A DNA stretch of 63,740 bases, counting the filler, from Phoronis australis (taxonomy: Eukaryota > Animalia > Phoronida), in assembly GCA_002633005.1 (NCBI GenBank). It is 13 parts of 13 records of this genome, joined end to end, with 100 filler letters (N's around TTAATTAATTAA, not from the genome) between each part and the next. Parts side by side here need not be neighbours in the genome. Positions count along the whole stretch, not along the records: positions 23,497 to 28,315 come from NMRA01002482.1; positions 28,416 to 32,378 come from NMRA01002758.1; positions 32,479 to 34,723 come from NMRA01003772.1; positions 34,824 to 37,086 come from NMRA01002683.1; positions 37,187 to 41,764 come from NMRA01002546.1; 8 more parts are not named here. One strand, 5' to 3'. The position numbers and the translations under genes were made by a program. The number at the start of each line of letters is the position of its first letter. Positions within the stretch are counted from its first letter, which is position 1. The notes beneath the pieces are model-generated. The model was not told the origin of the DNA. It did no database searches and saw only the letters and a program-made list of their open reading frames with translations. Shown piece after piece: positions 24,137-37,453 of the stretch.

Positions 24137-27100
24137 CACGGTTGCAATGCGGTTGCGTCGAAGATTGAGCTCAGCCAGTGAGTCAAGCCCTGTCAAGTTT
24201 TGCACGTGCGTGATACCGTTGCCGGCGAGGTTGAGCACTCGCAACTCTGATAGGTGGGATAGCTGCTCGATGTCTGTGATGTGGTTGCCATGGAGATCAA
24301 GCACATCCAACTTAACTAATTGTTCCAAACCCTGTATACGCTTAATTCTGAAAAACATGAATCGTCTGTAGAGGTCATGTGATCTAAGATGTCACCACAA
24401 AATAACAACATGACATTAAAATCAAGATAAAGACTGATGCAGCAGTCCTAGTCCTGTGACATATTGAGTTCTGGCCACACATTTGAATAACTTTGTTGAA
24501 ATGAAAATCTTTATAGTACATTCAAGAAAACGCATAATCAACGAGACTTGATATTAAATATGTTAAACAGGACTAAGGTACTACAAATGCATAACCCCTT
24601 GGAAGCATCCTGCTCCCTTCTTTAGGAAGAGTGGAATGATTAGAATAGTGGAACACCTGTCGTAATGAAGTCAAGTGGAACAGATTTAATTTCAATTGTC
24701 CTTGACTATTAGAACACTAAGCACATGTTTCTAAACTAAGAGTCTGACAGTGTGAATACTAGATAAGTTAGCAGCTCTTTATCAGGATATCAGTCTTGAG
24801 CAATGACATACTAATATTCAAACACGTGGTGATTCTCTGTAAACCAGTATGACCATATTGTATCGTTCAGTAACATGATTCAATACTGTGACTACACTTA
24901 ATATGCAAATGCCTGGTATGCTTAATAGCAAAAGTTTGTGACACCCTAAACCTTAGTTGGACATATGTGGTGATAGTTTTTTAGAATATTTATCATGCTC
25001 CACACGCAACTACTAAATACCAAATGACTAAACTTTGCACATTACCCACATTATTGAGTGACTATCTACCCACAATTCCTGATGCGTGGCTGCACTTGCA
25101 GTTTACCAATAGCGCCACCTACCTGTTCTTCCCCAGCATCAGCACACGGAGTGATTTGAGTGAGTCAAGTCCGGTGATCTCCTCGATCTGATTGTCATAG
25201 AGGTCCAGGAAGATGAGCCGTTTGAGTGTGCTCAGGTGTTGAATGCGGGTGATCGTATTATGTTGGTAGTTGAGCAGACGCAGCTGTTCTTCACCCTCCA
25301 AAATTGGGCAGATGGTCAGCCTCCGTCTGAAGAAATAGGTCAGAAAGTCAATGGAGAAGATGGAGAAGTCAGCAGCAGACTTGTTTGCATCATGCACAAC
25401 GCCCATGTTCACGTAAGCGCCCACACTATTTTTGAAAATTTTCTCACTTAGTGCCCACTACTCGGCTATGCACCCATCTCAAGCTAGTGTCAACTCGTAA
25501 TACGCTTCCTGTAATTAATTTTCAAAATACTAAAGCTTGCTTTCGTATGCTGAATCTGAATTTCGAGTTGCATTCTACTTATGGTTGGTTGTTACGGTCG
25601 TCACTGGGGACATTGTATTCTGTAAGCGCCCTCTGTAGTGCATTAAAAATAGCCAGGCTTGTAACTGCAATTAACCATGACCATAGTCATCCACAAATTC
25701 TCATTCTATAATTCAATGAATATATTTTGCAAAGTTCTTGATGTTTTAAGAGTAAAATCCAGGCTACTGTTTACCTCTGCAGTCGAAGTATCACAAGACA
25801 TTCTCCATGATGAGGTCACATGTCATTTTGAGTCTAACCGCTTTTATCCATGTATGGCATGTGTTCAATGCAAACTCTAATCATCAGATAATGTAACTAA
25901 ATGAATACCAAATCGAAGAACAGAAAAAATCTCCAGTTTGCGATAGTGAAAAAATAAAAAGGTCAGAGCTGGTACCAAACTGTCGATATTGGCCATCCCA
26001 AATTCAAGAACTATAATGAGCAACAAACCATCATTCAATATCTTATTACTCCAAGGGGATTCTTTAAAACGTTGCACAGGCTGCTTCATACGCTGCTATT
26101 TTTTAAAGATTTTATGAAATTCAATTGACAAGTCTATTTTCAGAGATATCATGCGTAATGTTTCCTGCATTGCTTATAGTGAAATCTGACCACTGTTTTT
26201 CAAAAGTACAACAGAGTACAGTAGCCTTGAACCCAAGTAAAAGAAGCAGATGGACAACCTCCATTTGCAAGTAGGTCAGAGTTTGAACTCCTGACACTGT
26301 GACCACCAGACTTTCTCATACGCTTTTAATTCATTCTGAAACTGTTACTCCAAACTGTTCACACTCGAGTAATACTTGAGAAATACCGACTACTAAACTT
26401 TACTCTAGTCCCTTCAAGATGCAGTAAGACTAGAGAACTATTGTCAATCTGCTATGGAAGTCTTTGGTGCAATGAAACGAGGAAAACAAAATAAAAGCGC
26501 AATTTGAAACATAGCTCTGCTCCAGTCAACAAATTTGATGTTTGCCAGTAAAAGAGGTGTGAGAAAGATCATTGTCACCTATGAATTTTTCAAATAAAAA
26601 GTGAACGGTGCGTAAATTGTAAATTAAATTTCATTTATTGATACTGATTGCAATTTAGAAGATACTTTCCCAGGGTGTCCAATTGCACTACATATTGAGT
26701 ACTTTTTCAAGTACACTACAAATTTAGGGTTTACTATGTAATTGTTAGCTGCCTCCTTTTATTCAGTACTACTTCAGAAACAGAGACTTCCTCATTTAAG
26801 ATTTCGAGTACCTCTGAACGGAGTACATTTTAGTGGTCACCAAAACATGAGAAGTAAATCGGTCCGGGGATCTTTCAAATTTTGAGTAGCTAAAGGACAA
26901 AAACCCAAACAGTAGCTCATAATTTTTTTAAAAATTATCAACTAAAGTACTCTTGCTTTACTCAATTACACGGCAAACCATGAAAGAAAGAACGATCTTA
27001 ATCAAAATGCAATTTGAATGAATTTTACAATAATTGCAACTTCCCAAAATTGATGTAAGTTAAACATTCGTCACGTGTACCTGTCTAGATTCAGTCTGTC

Positions 27101-27186
27101 TGGATTGGCAGCTCTTTCCTCTCCTGATCTGTATACAATGGGCACTCCAGGTTGGGCCGGATTCTCCGTGAATATGACGCGGTCAC
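24137..27186 (-). CDS. LRRC49: Leucine-rich repeat protein 49, three internal exons: 27186-27081, 25326-25123, 24347-24137
   Basis: GT-AG exons with matching phases splice to DRVIFTENPAQPGVPIVYRSGEERAANPDRLNLDR-RRLTICPILEGEEQLRLLNYQHNTITRIQHL...LDLYDNQIEEITGL...LMLGKNR-IKRIQGL...LDLHGNHI...LNLRRNRIATV. This closely follows the vertebrate LRRC49 N-terminal LRRs as I recall them. Confidence 0.9.
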
Positions 27187-28415
27187 CTGCACAAACAGAT
27201 GGACAGTGAGTGGCACGCAGATGGATTGAGGTGAAGACATGGATCTTGCAAAGAACGCAGGACAAAAAAAAAATGCAAAGCAGTTATCCAGCATATGATA
27301 ATTATAATAAGCAAAATGTGCAAAAACGAAATCGCCGGTGGTGGAAGAGCAAAAATATGTGTTAAGCTGACCTCACAACTGGTAATGAACATACCGTGCT
27401 GTACTAAAAAAACTGCTATTCAGTGGTCAGTAAACCTCGTCATGGCTCAATAAAATGTTATTTTAGGTGTACACAGGGATGGTTGAATGAAACCATCAAC
27501 AGACACTGGAATGGATTACATAAGATTCAATGAAACTTGACAAAGGAAGTCATTATAATTGTGGTCAAGGTTGGCCTTTTGTAGATCAATCAATTGAAAA
27601 CTAATAGTAATAAATCGCTGATTATCTTCAAATGGGCAAAGAAATAAAGTTTGGAAGCACCCAAGAAAATTGTTTAATTTGTCAAGCAGAAGGAGTCAAA
27701 GTACTTTGTGATAGTATTACAAAAAACATTTTTGGTTTTTCCTGATCGTTTTTTCGTGAATTTCATGCAGAAGTGATCAAGCGTGCTTGACACGTGAGCT
27801 TTTCACCAAAACCAACAACTGTTAGCCCTGAGATTACTCTGCTGACAAACTGTTCTCAATCAATTCAAGCATTAAAAAGAGGCCTTTAGTAATTAGTGTC
27901 AACAGGTGAACATTAGACTTCTGAGGTGTAAAGTGAACAAAGCTCTAAAAGTAAAAACGCGCACATAAGCTTTGTTCATGCACACCATAATCACTTTCAA
28001 GTGTCTCAATAGAAGTACACAACTCTCATACATCAAAATAATTGTACTTGACACAAAACAATGCAGGCATCACCTGAAATTAATAATAAGAAATAAAATC
28101 ATTCACAGCATGATAACTCTTCACCTATTTTTCGTGAAAATTATTGAAAAAAATATTGGTTTTCAAAGACTGATGACAGCTTTGTAGCAAAAAATACTGC
28201 GCGTTATTTTACGACAGACGATGGCCAGCGGGTACATTTAGTATGATATATACGGTAATTACACTTTGTGAAATTTCCATAATCGCCATTTTTGTTGAGA
28301 AAAAAGAAAATTCCCNNNNNNNNNNNNNNNNNNNNNNNNNNNNNNNNNNNNNNNNNNNNTTAATTAATTAANNNNNNNNNNNNNNNNNNNNNNNNNNNNN
28401 NNNNNNNNNNNNNNN

Positions 28416-28491
28416 TAGTGAACATGTTCATCATCACTGCTACCGGCCCCAGTATAGTGAACATGTTCATCATCACTGCTACCGGCCCCAG
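28416..28491. repeat. 39-bp tandem repeat (2 copies visible) running into a gap
   Basis: TAGTGAACATGTTCATCATCACTGCTACCGGCCCCAG occurs twice with a 39-nt period. Confidence 0.85.
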
Positions 28492-28655
28492 CATGGATAC
28501 CCTCATCCCAATCGCTGATAAGATAACCCTCGTTGAAAAATATTGTAAAAATCAGACAAAGGAATCTGTTCATGGGTGTACTCATAACCTTAAAACACTT
28601 AACCAAACCCTAGTGGACACATAAGAAACTAATGCGTGGGAACCATAGTACCAAC

Positions 28656-31600
28656 CTGACTGACAAATTCCAGGATTTTGCGTTTGCTTATCTCCACTTT
28701 GGCTCTGTCTCCCCATCTGAATTCATATGCCGGGGGGTCACTGTTGGGGACTCGCACGTACTCTATGTAACACTGACGCACCAAGTCTTGCGTAACAAAT
28801 TTCTTAACATCCCAAAAGATCTCGTGACGGATGTCCCTTATAGAATTTACAAAAGAGAATTAAAAATAGTGTGACATACAAACTACTGCTGCTGCGTGTT
28901 TCAAACAACACATACCACTGATTTGCACAACACTGATAATTATCATACCACTGATTTGCACAACACTGATTATTATCTTCTGCTTGTAAAAGCAGTGAAT
29001 GGCACAACACAAATTTTCAGTTAATTTCAACCAAATGTCTCATGATGTAACACTGTAGTCAATTACAGGCCACAGGAGTACGTGATGAATCTACAGAAAT
29101 AACTTTCCTGGATGCCTTTCGTGAGAAATGCCCAAAAGATTTGTTTACTATGACAGTGAAATTTTCACGTGACACTGAAAAATCGCGCTTGCATACCAAA
29201 AGCTCAGCGCTGAAGATTATCATAATGAATTGCCCATCTGCAAACTATGCCTTAGTACCTTCTTTTGTCCTCATGAACATATCAAAGCATTAACCGCAAT
29301 AGAAATCATTCAACGTTAACTGATGCCATTCTCAATTAATTAACTTTATAATATATCTTCCATTGTCCACGTCCTGACAAACAGCCAATATGGCGGTCAT
29401 CTCTGCTTGCACTCCATTATTGCCGGGAAAATCCACAAGATCTCGATAATCTTGACCGAGAACAGCAGGTCACGTTGACTGATTACTTTTGGCGTGTACT
29501 ATGGACTGTAAAATAGCTGCAGTATGGAAAGCAATGGTAAACGGTGCAGGCATTAGTACCTTTGTTAAAATAATTATGAACGACGAAAAATAGCATCACT
29601 AATTACCTTTGCACGCCTAGATGTTCCAAGGCTCGCCACATGATTGCTGAAAATGGAAAAATTAAAGCGTTAAAACGACTTACGAATTAACCACAAGCTT
29701 CGGTAACTGTTTAAAACAAGGTGGCAAAAAATAATTGGAAAATACTGTTATGATGAATCACGATTAGTTATGACAGGTCGCGATTCATTAATTCCAACTT
29801 CAGTAATCATGAACTCGGTTTGCAATCAGGTGCCATGATATTCAGTTATCACCATGGGACTTCAGAGTAGTTTTGTTTGATTACCCACAGAGTGCGCTGG
29901 GTGCTCTAAAAGCTAGCTATGTCACATTACCCGACAGCGAATGTGACAATATATTAGCTTTAAAGAGGCATTAGCAGTTTAAAGTAAAAAACAGGATTAT
30001 TATTAGGTAGGATAGAGGTACTGAATATGACTGTTAGCTTGAATCAGAACCATTAAACAGCAAAGTTCCATTGTTTTTGCCATTTCACTACAAATCACCG
30101 ATTCACGTCATGGGCTTTCAGCCATATGGTAGAATTAACAGAAATTGATGCACATGACCTCATCAGTTAAATGTGCTTAAAAATACTCAACTACTAGCCA
30201 GATTTATACCTAGACTACAATCAAAGTTATGGACTGCCTCCCCCGAGATGGTGGGTTCGAATCCACAACAGGGCAGCCAGTCTGAACCTGGATACACAAC
30301 TCTGTAATGAACAACGTCGCTTTAACAAAAAATATGGTCACACATCAACATCGATTTAATATAAATGCCTACCCTCTGGCAGTGATTCATTGCCACTCAT
30401 AAATATTACAGACAGCATGACCATCACTAGACCCATCCTGGAGTTATCTTCTTCAGACCTGGAAAAGACAGCTGAACAAATGACTAAGCCACATTCAGTG
30501 CTTGGTCACGAGCTGGGGACATACAAGGTGCAAGTTTCATAAGGCAAGACATTTGTATGAGACAAATGAGGTCAGAAATCTTGGCTTGCAGAACAGACAT
30601 ACCTTGTTTGGTCCTTTAATTCAACACTTCAGCCTTTCAACCCGACGTCGTCCATTTTGCTTATCTACGTAACTTAGTAACGCATCAAACTTTGTTATGA
30701 AACACTCCTCCTTTAGACGCTTCAACTCGCCGTACTAATGAAATACTTGCTCTGGGCAATGCAACCCTGATTTAAGTCATAACATTGAAATACAAAAGAA
30801 CCATGGATCTGATCATATTCATGAAGAATTAACAGTGTACCGCATAGATAAGCAGCTGTACATTATTTTTCTACAACCAAAAACACAATATTTTTGTTGG
30901 AATTATCATTGGAAGGGATAGACTTATTGTTGTTAGCCTTGACCAGATATATAAAACAACAAAAGCTGTTGTGTTTCTGTGATTTGACTCCAAATAGCTA
31001 ATTCTTGCCGTCCTCCGCCACATATTCAAGGAACTCAAGGTTTGTGTTTTTATCATTTAATTATGCTTAAAATACTCTGCTATTTAGCATGTGGAATTTG
31101 GCTCAGAGTTGCAACGTTTGGCTGCTCTTGCAGAGGAAGGTTTGATTCCACTTATTTCTGTAAAATAACATTTCAGATTTGTTTAAGGTAAACAATCAAA
31201 TTCTATTTCCTGCTTTTCAAAAATACTCATATGTACTTTTATTGAGTTAAAATTTAACGAAACAACGGCATCAATAACACGACCAAATTTCGCTTGATGC
31301 CAGTGTTGAGGAATTATTAAAAACATTAATACAATTTTAAAAATATAAAATTGCCATTTCATTTTCGTTTTATGCAAGTTTTGAGCTTTTTTCTGAAAAT
31401 CGTAAATTGTAACATTTTGATAGCCTCTCATACAAAAGTGAAAAAAACTGTACTATCAGAAACCTTGGAGAACCGTTCACATATTTGAAAATTTCACGTG
31501 GATAGGATCAATGGCTTCCGAAATATGATGTTCCAAACTTGGATATTTCTTGTAGAGTGTTACATAACTCTGGCGCCCCCCCCACCCCCCACAGGCAGCT

Positions 31601-32378
31601 TGGCCAAATACAAAAAGATTCACTAACTGAACAAAACTGGAAAGTTCAGTAAATCAGGAATTGTAGATCCGCCCAGGGGTTTATACAGCAGCTGTCTTGT
31701 CCGTCTTTGGGAAAATTTGGACTCCCAATGTTGGAATCCTGGATAGGCCCCTGGATCCGCCCCCCAACATCAGACTAACACTGGGTCTTACCACTCCAGG
31801 TGAGGCTCTTCAGGGTCAGTCTCAAGTGTGTTTATGAGCATGTAAGTTTTCTGCTTCCCTTCAACTTCAACCAACTTGTAGCCAAACACCTGAAAAGGGA
31901 ATAGATGTGTTGATTATTGGGCCAGCGACCACCAGACTTGATTCAACATTTTGGCTCCAAACTGACCAGTAACTAAACGTCATGCAATATGATTGGTCGA
32001 TTTGGAGTTACAAGCTGAGTAATACAATATGAATGGTGAGTCAAAATAACGATAACAGTCCGAGTTGGAAATCACACCATAACAAGGCTTGCCGATGCAA
32101 CCTCACATTTTGTTGAGCGACCTAGTAAACAATCCAGGTTGCCACTCACACTCCCAAGTACGCACCTAAAATAAAACAGGAAGTAAACAAATTGAAGAAC
32201 ACAGTGCATACAGCAGCTTCAAGAATACATTGCAGTAGGTGCCCCACATAAGCTTTGCTTTATTTCAGGAAGTAGGTCAATAGGTCAATGCTATGACCGT
32301 GTGTTACCTTCATCAAGACTTGAGAAGCTCTCTGCATCATCACTGGGAAGGCTCTGCTCATTTCTTTCAGTACTTTTT
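28656..32378 (-). CDS. NSMCE3: MAGE-domain protein (NSE3 homologue), five exons: 32378-32308 (gap-truncated), 31889-31792, 30458-30373, 29646-29607, 28836-28656
   Basis: Splices in phase to KVLKEMSRAFPVMMQRASQVLMK-VFGYKLVEVEGKQKTYMLINTLETDPEEPHLEW-SEEDNSRMGLVMVMLSVIFMSGNESLPEA-IMWRALEHLGVQR-DIRHEIFWDVKKFVTQDLVRQCYIEYVRVPNSDPPAYEFRWGDRAKVEISKRKILEFVSQ, a MAGE homology domain. Absent from the ORF track. Confidence 0.92.
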
Positions 32379-34888
32379 NNNNNNNNNNNNNNNNNNNNNN
32401 NNNNNNNNNNNNNNNNNNNNNNTTAATTAATTAANNNNNNNNNNNNNNNNNNNNNNNNNNNNNNNNNNNNNNNNNNNNTTTTGTTACGGGGTATAACGTG
32501 AATTTCAGGAAATTATTAATGAACTCGAGAGTTCCTCACGCTTTTGCTACTTTAGTTGTTTGCGGTTGCTAGAGGGGGTGGGGCCGCTGGCCCCTCCCTG
32601 ATTAGTAAATTAGTAATGTTAAGTTCTTCGCGTTTTCGACATCAACCGCAGACAAGAAAATACGAGAGTGTCACACGTTTACAATTCCGGTATTTTTGAA
32701 CGCCCTACACCTCTGCAGTGTCCGACATGGCCAGTAAGAAAATGCGCCTGGAAACAACACACTTTTTTACTTACGGAACAAGGGAGGTTTCTAATTTAAT
32801 CCGCGACTGTCGTTTTAAATCCAAACTGCAGAAAATGCTACTTCCAGTTTGTGTCATTGTTTATGTCGCAAAGTTGCAAGTTCGCATTCCACAGTTATGG
32901 AGTCGATCAAAAAACCGACGCTATGTCGGTTCCAAGCCTCACACGCGGACACCTTACCACCTTTTACAGATGAGCTTAGATCCATCTGCCAGTGCAAATG
33001 TATACTCGTATTCACGTAGCAGACTAACTTTATAGTTGAATATCCTCACCTTGCTGGTCATCGATAGAAGTCAAATACTTCAAATGCCGTGCAATAGCGC
33101 GTATATACGCTGTACCTGTAGCAACCCTTAGTATCTTTGTCGCTTTGCCCGGTGTTCGACAAATTGCTTTTAGTCAGCGTTATCTGAATGCCGAAGTGAC
33201 GTCTGTGTAAAAGCGTGGCACTGGAGTTCATAAAATTGACATTTTAAGCCGCCGCTTCAGAGTAACTTCATTTACTTTGTCGCCATAAATCCCTCGTAAG
33301 TTTTAAATCTTCCCTACACGGTATCATTTGCAGCTTTAGTCACGTGGATTCAGCGTGGAGAATAAACAGGATGTCGCTAAGTTAATGTGAAACTGCCGCC
33401 AGTCAATGATTAACTCAGTGAACAATCGATTTGAGCAGTTACCTTGTATACGTTGTTTCAACCAACTGCAACAAAATCGCAGAACAAAAAAATGCAAATC
33501 TATTCAAGAGTATGGACTTGACCTGAGAAAATAAGGCCTTCGTCACCTGTTTAAGTTTACTACTTAAGTACAATACGAGTTGAAAAGTATTCAGACGACC
33601 GGCAATGTTCTCCGTCATGACGACAGGGTGGAAGCCGAATAAATCGTCGGAATGATCTCTCTATTGACCGAAACTAAACTGGGGGAATAACAGGAAAGAA
33701 GTAAGATGGACAAGTCATTACCAATTGTATAGGCCACCTTATTGACAAGTTTCTACATGTATATCTGGCAAACTGTTTAAGAAACTATAGAATTTAACAC
33801 AGTAAAAGTATATTTTTCTGAGAGTGGAAATTCCGCAGGACCAATCTGTCATAAATTAGATCACGTGACCATGCTTTTTTAAGGAACTTTAGCGAAAAAT
33901 TAAAGGTACATTCATAGCAAAATATCATGATCAACGATGTGCCCAACATTTATGTGATATCGATTTCAAAATGTCGAAAACGCTGCTACACTGTTCTAAA
34001 TTATCGTTTTGTTTTCGTAATAGGCAACTTCATTTTTTCACAAACATTTTGTAAATCCAAGTTTTCGAGAGTCCATCATGCAAAAGAGCATTCTCAATGA
34101 ATCGCGACAATTCGACACCTGAGGCACTCGATTTTCAATAATCTTCATCTGGACCTAACGTATTATTTTTTCTTAGTTTAATGTATGAATGATAAGTTTT
34201 GAATAATTTCCTCATCTCAGCAAGTGCAGTTATAGAGTTATTTTGTTGTTTTATTAGAGCAACTGGATAATTTATTTGAAAACAGAAAAATGCGTTGATT
34301 GGGTTAATTTTCTGTCTAGTTTATTATCATTGACAACGAACAATCTCATTGCGCAATTTTATTAATCAGCATGCTTGGAAAAATCGAGAAAAACAGCTCT
34401 TAGTATTTTCTACTTTCTTGTGTATTTTTCATGGACATGAACTAAATTTTTACATTTTTAAAACACGTCGTTTGTTTATAACTGTGTTTTATAAAAACAG
34501 GTGCCGTGGTGTTTGCACTTGTCTTAATCTTCATTAGCGACTATCGATTATTCAAAACTGGTATCCAATGTCCGGTAACGTGATGACTAAAAAATCCTTA
34601 AGTGAATTTTTAATTTAATTTTAAGAGAAGCATTTCAAAAACACTGAATTCGTAAGTGACACCGTTGCAGTGGCGGATTTAGGGGAGGCCAAGTGTGCCA
34701 TGCCCTGCCCTAAAATTCTCCCANNNNNNNNNNNNNNNNNNNNNNNNNNNNNNNNNNNNNNNNNNNNTTAATTAATTAANNNNNNNNNNNNNNNNNNNNN
34801 NNNNNNNNNNNNNNNNNNNNNNNGGAAAGCATTCAAGCGAGTTGATAGCTTATAAAAGTATTCATAGTCCAGTTCTTTTCTATTTCAG

Positions 34889-35861
34889 GAGGTTCCTCTC
34901 ATAGAAGTTACTGAGGAAGGCTTGCTACAACTAGTTGTAACAATATGGTGCAAAGACAGAAGACACGTGGTAGGTTCTGGTGCCCTTAGTAACAAATTGT
35001 CATACATTTAGAAAATTTCTGAACACATTGATCTTGTATTTTGGTTTTTGACAATGCACAAAGTACGTACTATTTGACTATGCGTTCACTGTGTGAAGAA
35101 CTAAAAAGTGCAATTTTGGCAATTGTTTCTTTCCAAAATTATTGAGATTTCACTGCACTCAATGAATTTTGGCAGATTTTCATCACTACAAGGTATTTGT
35201 CAATGTGTCTCCACATAGTGCAAGACCATTTTCTAAATTATTTTCAATGGGAATTTGTTTTGTACTGAAAAGGAAAAGATGCAGAAAATAATTAAAATGA
35301 ATTTCTGGTGTTCTATACAGGTGTATCAATTTGAAGGGTAAGGATTTAAACACCAAGGGTGGATTTAGGGAATGTAAGCTGTATATCTGTACTACCTGAA
35401 TCTGTGGATTTCCAAAAAATACAGTACACAAATGCTGTATCTGAGTTATTGTTTTTAATGATGCATTGTACATTCTGCACCCTTGACTCATACTCCACTT
35501 TCCATCTCCTCTGACAGGGATTGGTATTTTAAATTTCCTGTACTTGACAAATCAGATGTTTATGAAAGATGCATCAAGATTCCTGCGCCTTATGGTTCAC
35601 TTAATTCCATTCAAACTGATAACTGAACTTTAAAACTATTAAACGAACATAAAAATAATAATACTTCCTCTCTTGAGCACTTATTTCATTAGTGCTTGTG
35701 ATGTCTGTGTATTTAACATTCTTCAATTCCAGGTGTTTGCAATTGGGAAAGAAGGCAACACGATCAAGAAGGTGTCTAGTGAGGCCAAACAAGAGATTAT
35801 GAACACTTTCAGATGTGACGTTAAGATGAAGCTAGTCGTTAAAGAATACAAGAAATCTTGA
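34889..35861 (+). CDS. ERAL1: Mitochondrial GTPase Era, C-terminal KH domain, last two exons: 34889-34969 and 35733-35861
   Basis: Phase-0 GT-AG splice gives EVPLIEVTEEGLLQLVVTIWCKDRRHV-VFAIGKEGNTIKKVSSEAKQEIMNTFRCDVKMKLVVKEYKKS*. It has the IGxxG KH loop and the A..ELM..F.CDV...L.VK ending typical of metazoan ERAL1. Confidence 0.8.
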
Positions 35862-36124
35862 CAGCTGTCCTTGACCTCACCATTTATCTGTGACCCATTT
35901 AACGATTTTCACAGGCAAGGAATGGTATTTTGAACCAAGACTAAGGTGGATTTTTTGGTTTTCTCAGATACAATGTCATTGTAGCCTCGTTCCAGCCTTC
36001 AGTGCACAGATTGTATCGACTTTCTTATGTGGAAAGTCAACCGAGTTGATACATTGACGTTACAAATGTGTTGCCATTACCCTGCAGAGATCAACAATGA
36101 ATTAAAAGTAAAAGAGAACCATTG

Positions 36125-36375
36125 TGATGAGGGACCAATCAGTTCCCTTATAGCTGTTGGGAGGGCCAGCCTTCATTGCCAAGTAATAACGACGGCATTT
36201 CTGTGACCAATCATGACCCAGAACAGTTCAGAGACGTCTCGTCTCTGCATGGTTGTAGTCTAATGTCATCATCACCGATAAATAAATCAGTATTAATACA
36301 AGTTGTCTCACTTCACTTTTCTGCCCCAACCGGGACTCGAACCTGGGACTTTCTGCTAACTGTGCAGCAGGTATC
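36125..36375 (-). mobile_element. tRNA-derived SINE fragment
   Basis: Minus strand B box GGTTCGAGTCCC followed by GGTTGGGGCAG, without a full cloverleaf. Similar isolated B boxes at about 30254 (+) and 52520 (-, with an upstream A-box-like TGACCAGGTAG). Confidence 0.45.
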
Positions 36376-37453
36376 GAGTTCGAGTCCTGGGCCCGGTCTC
36401 CAATCTCCGTACTCAGACTCATACTCATACTCGAGATTTCATACTCAAAATCGTGCTCACTGGAGTNTCATTGTACTTGGTAACTTTTTATTTGACTGAA
36501 TGTCTGTTAAGCTCCTTATCTCTAACTTAAGAACAGTGTCATCTAATCTATATTTGTTGCGGATACCATGGTTAGGCCCAAAAGGCATGGTTGGCTCTGG
36601 TCTGTATCCCGACTCGTTTAAAGACTTGCACTCTACTTAAAAAATGCCCTCCCGCATCAGTTTCAGTTAAGACCTGGGCCCGGTCTCCAATCTCCGTACT
36701 CAGACTCATACTCATACTCGAGATTTCATACTCAAAATCGTGCTCACTGGAGTCGTATTCAAAAAAGCGTAGCTAATGTCGTATTTCGAGTAGACTCCAA
36801 ACGTACTCAAATCTGACACTCATACTCGAGTTGCTATGGAACTCTTTATAATGTGAAATGCAAAATCACGCAAAGCCGCGCTGATTCATCGCTCCCTATT
36901 GGAATAGACCACCCTAAGAACTAGGCCTACATTATCGTCTGCTGTCGCTAAAGAGTATGTCTATAACGTGGAATTCTGAGTGCTCTGTAACTGTTATTCA
37001 TTTTTTAGTTTCAATAAATATTCTTATGTCATTTCTTTGATAAATTTGGCAATTATTAAGCTTTACTTCTTGAGTTACTCACCCAGNNNNNNNNNNNNNN
37101 NNNNNNNNNNNNNNNNNNNNNNNNNNNNNNTTAATTAATTAANNNNNNNNNNNNNNNNNNNNNNNNNNNNNNNNNNNNNNNNNNNNGAAAACCAGATTTG
37201 TCGAGAAAATGTATTTGCAGTGAAGACTTGGTAGTCCAGCCTTGTTTTCAATTAGAAATGTGCTTCGAAGCGCTTCGCGAGATTGTGCTATTGAACGACG
37301 CGCTCGCGGAAAGCGCCTTCGTTTTTGGCGAGCGCTTTCCAGAAGTTTACTTGGTACCACTATGGTACTTGTAGGTGACGGGAACAGGCCGTAGACCGAA
37401 CAATCTAGATAAAACGTTTGCAGCGTCTCGGTCTGCGACTGTACCTTCCTTAA

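Noticed and set aside
23555-27186. THAP next to LRRC49 as conserved synteny with the human THAP10-LRRC49 pair
   Set aside because: The human pair is head-to-head. Here the THAP is incomplete, on the same strand and downstream of internal exons, and THAP remnants are common throughout the window.
24137-35861. LRRC49, NSMCE3 and ERAL1 as a gene cluster
   Set aside because: They lie on different contigs joined by artificial spacers.
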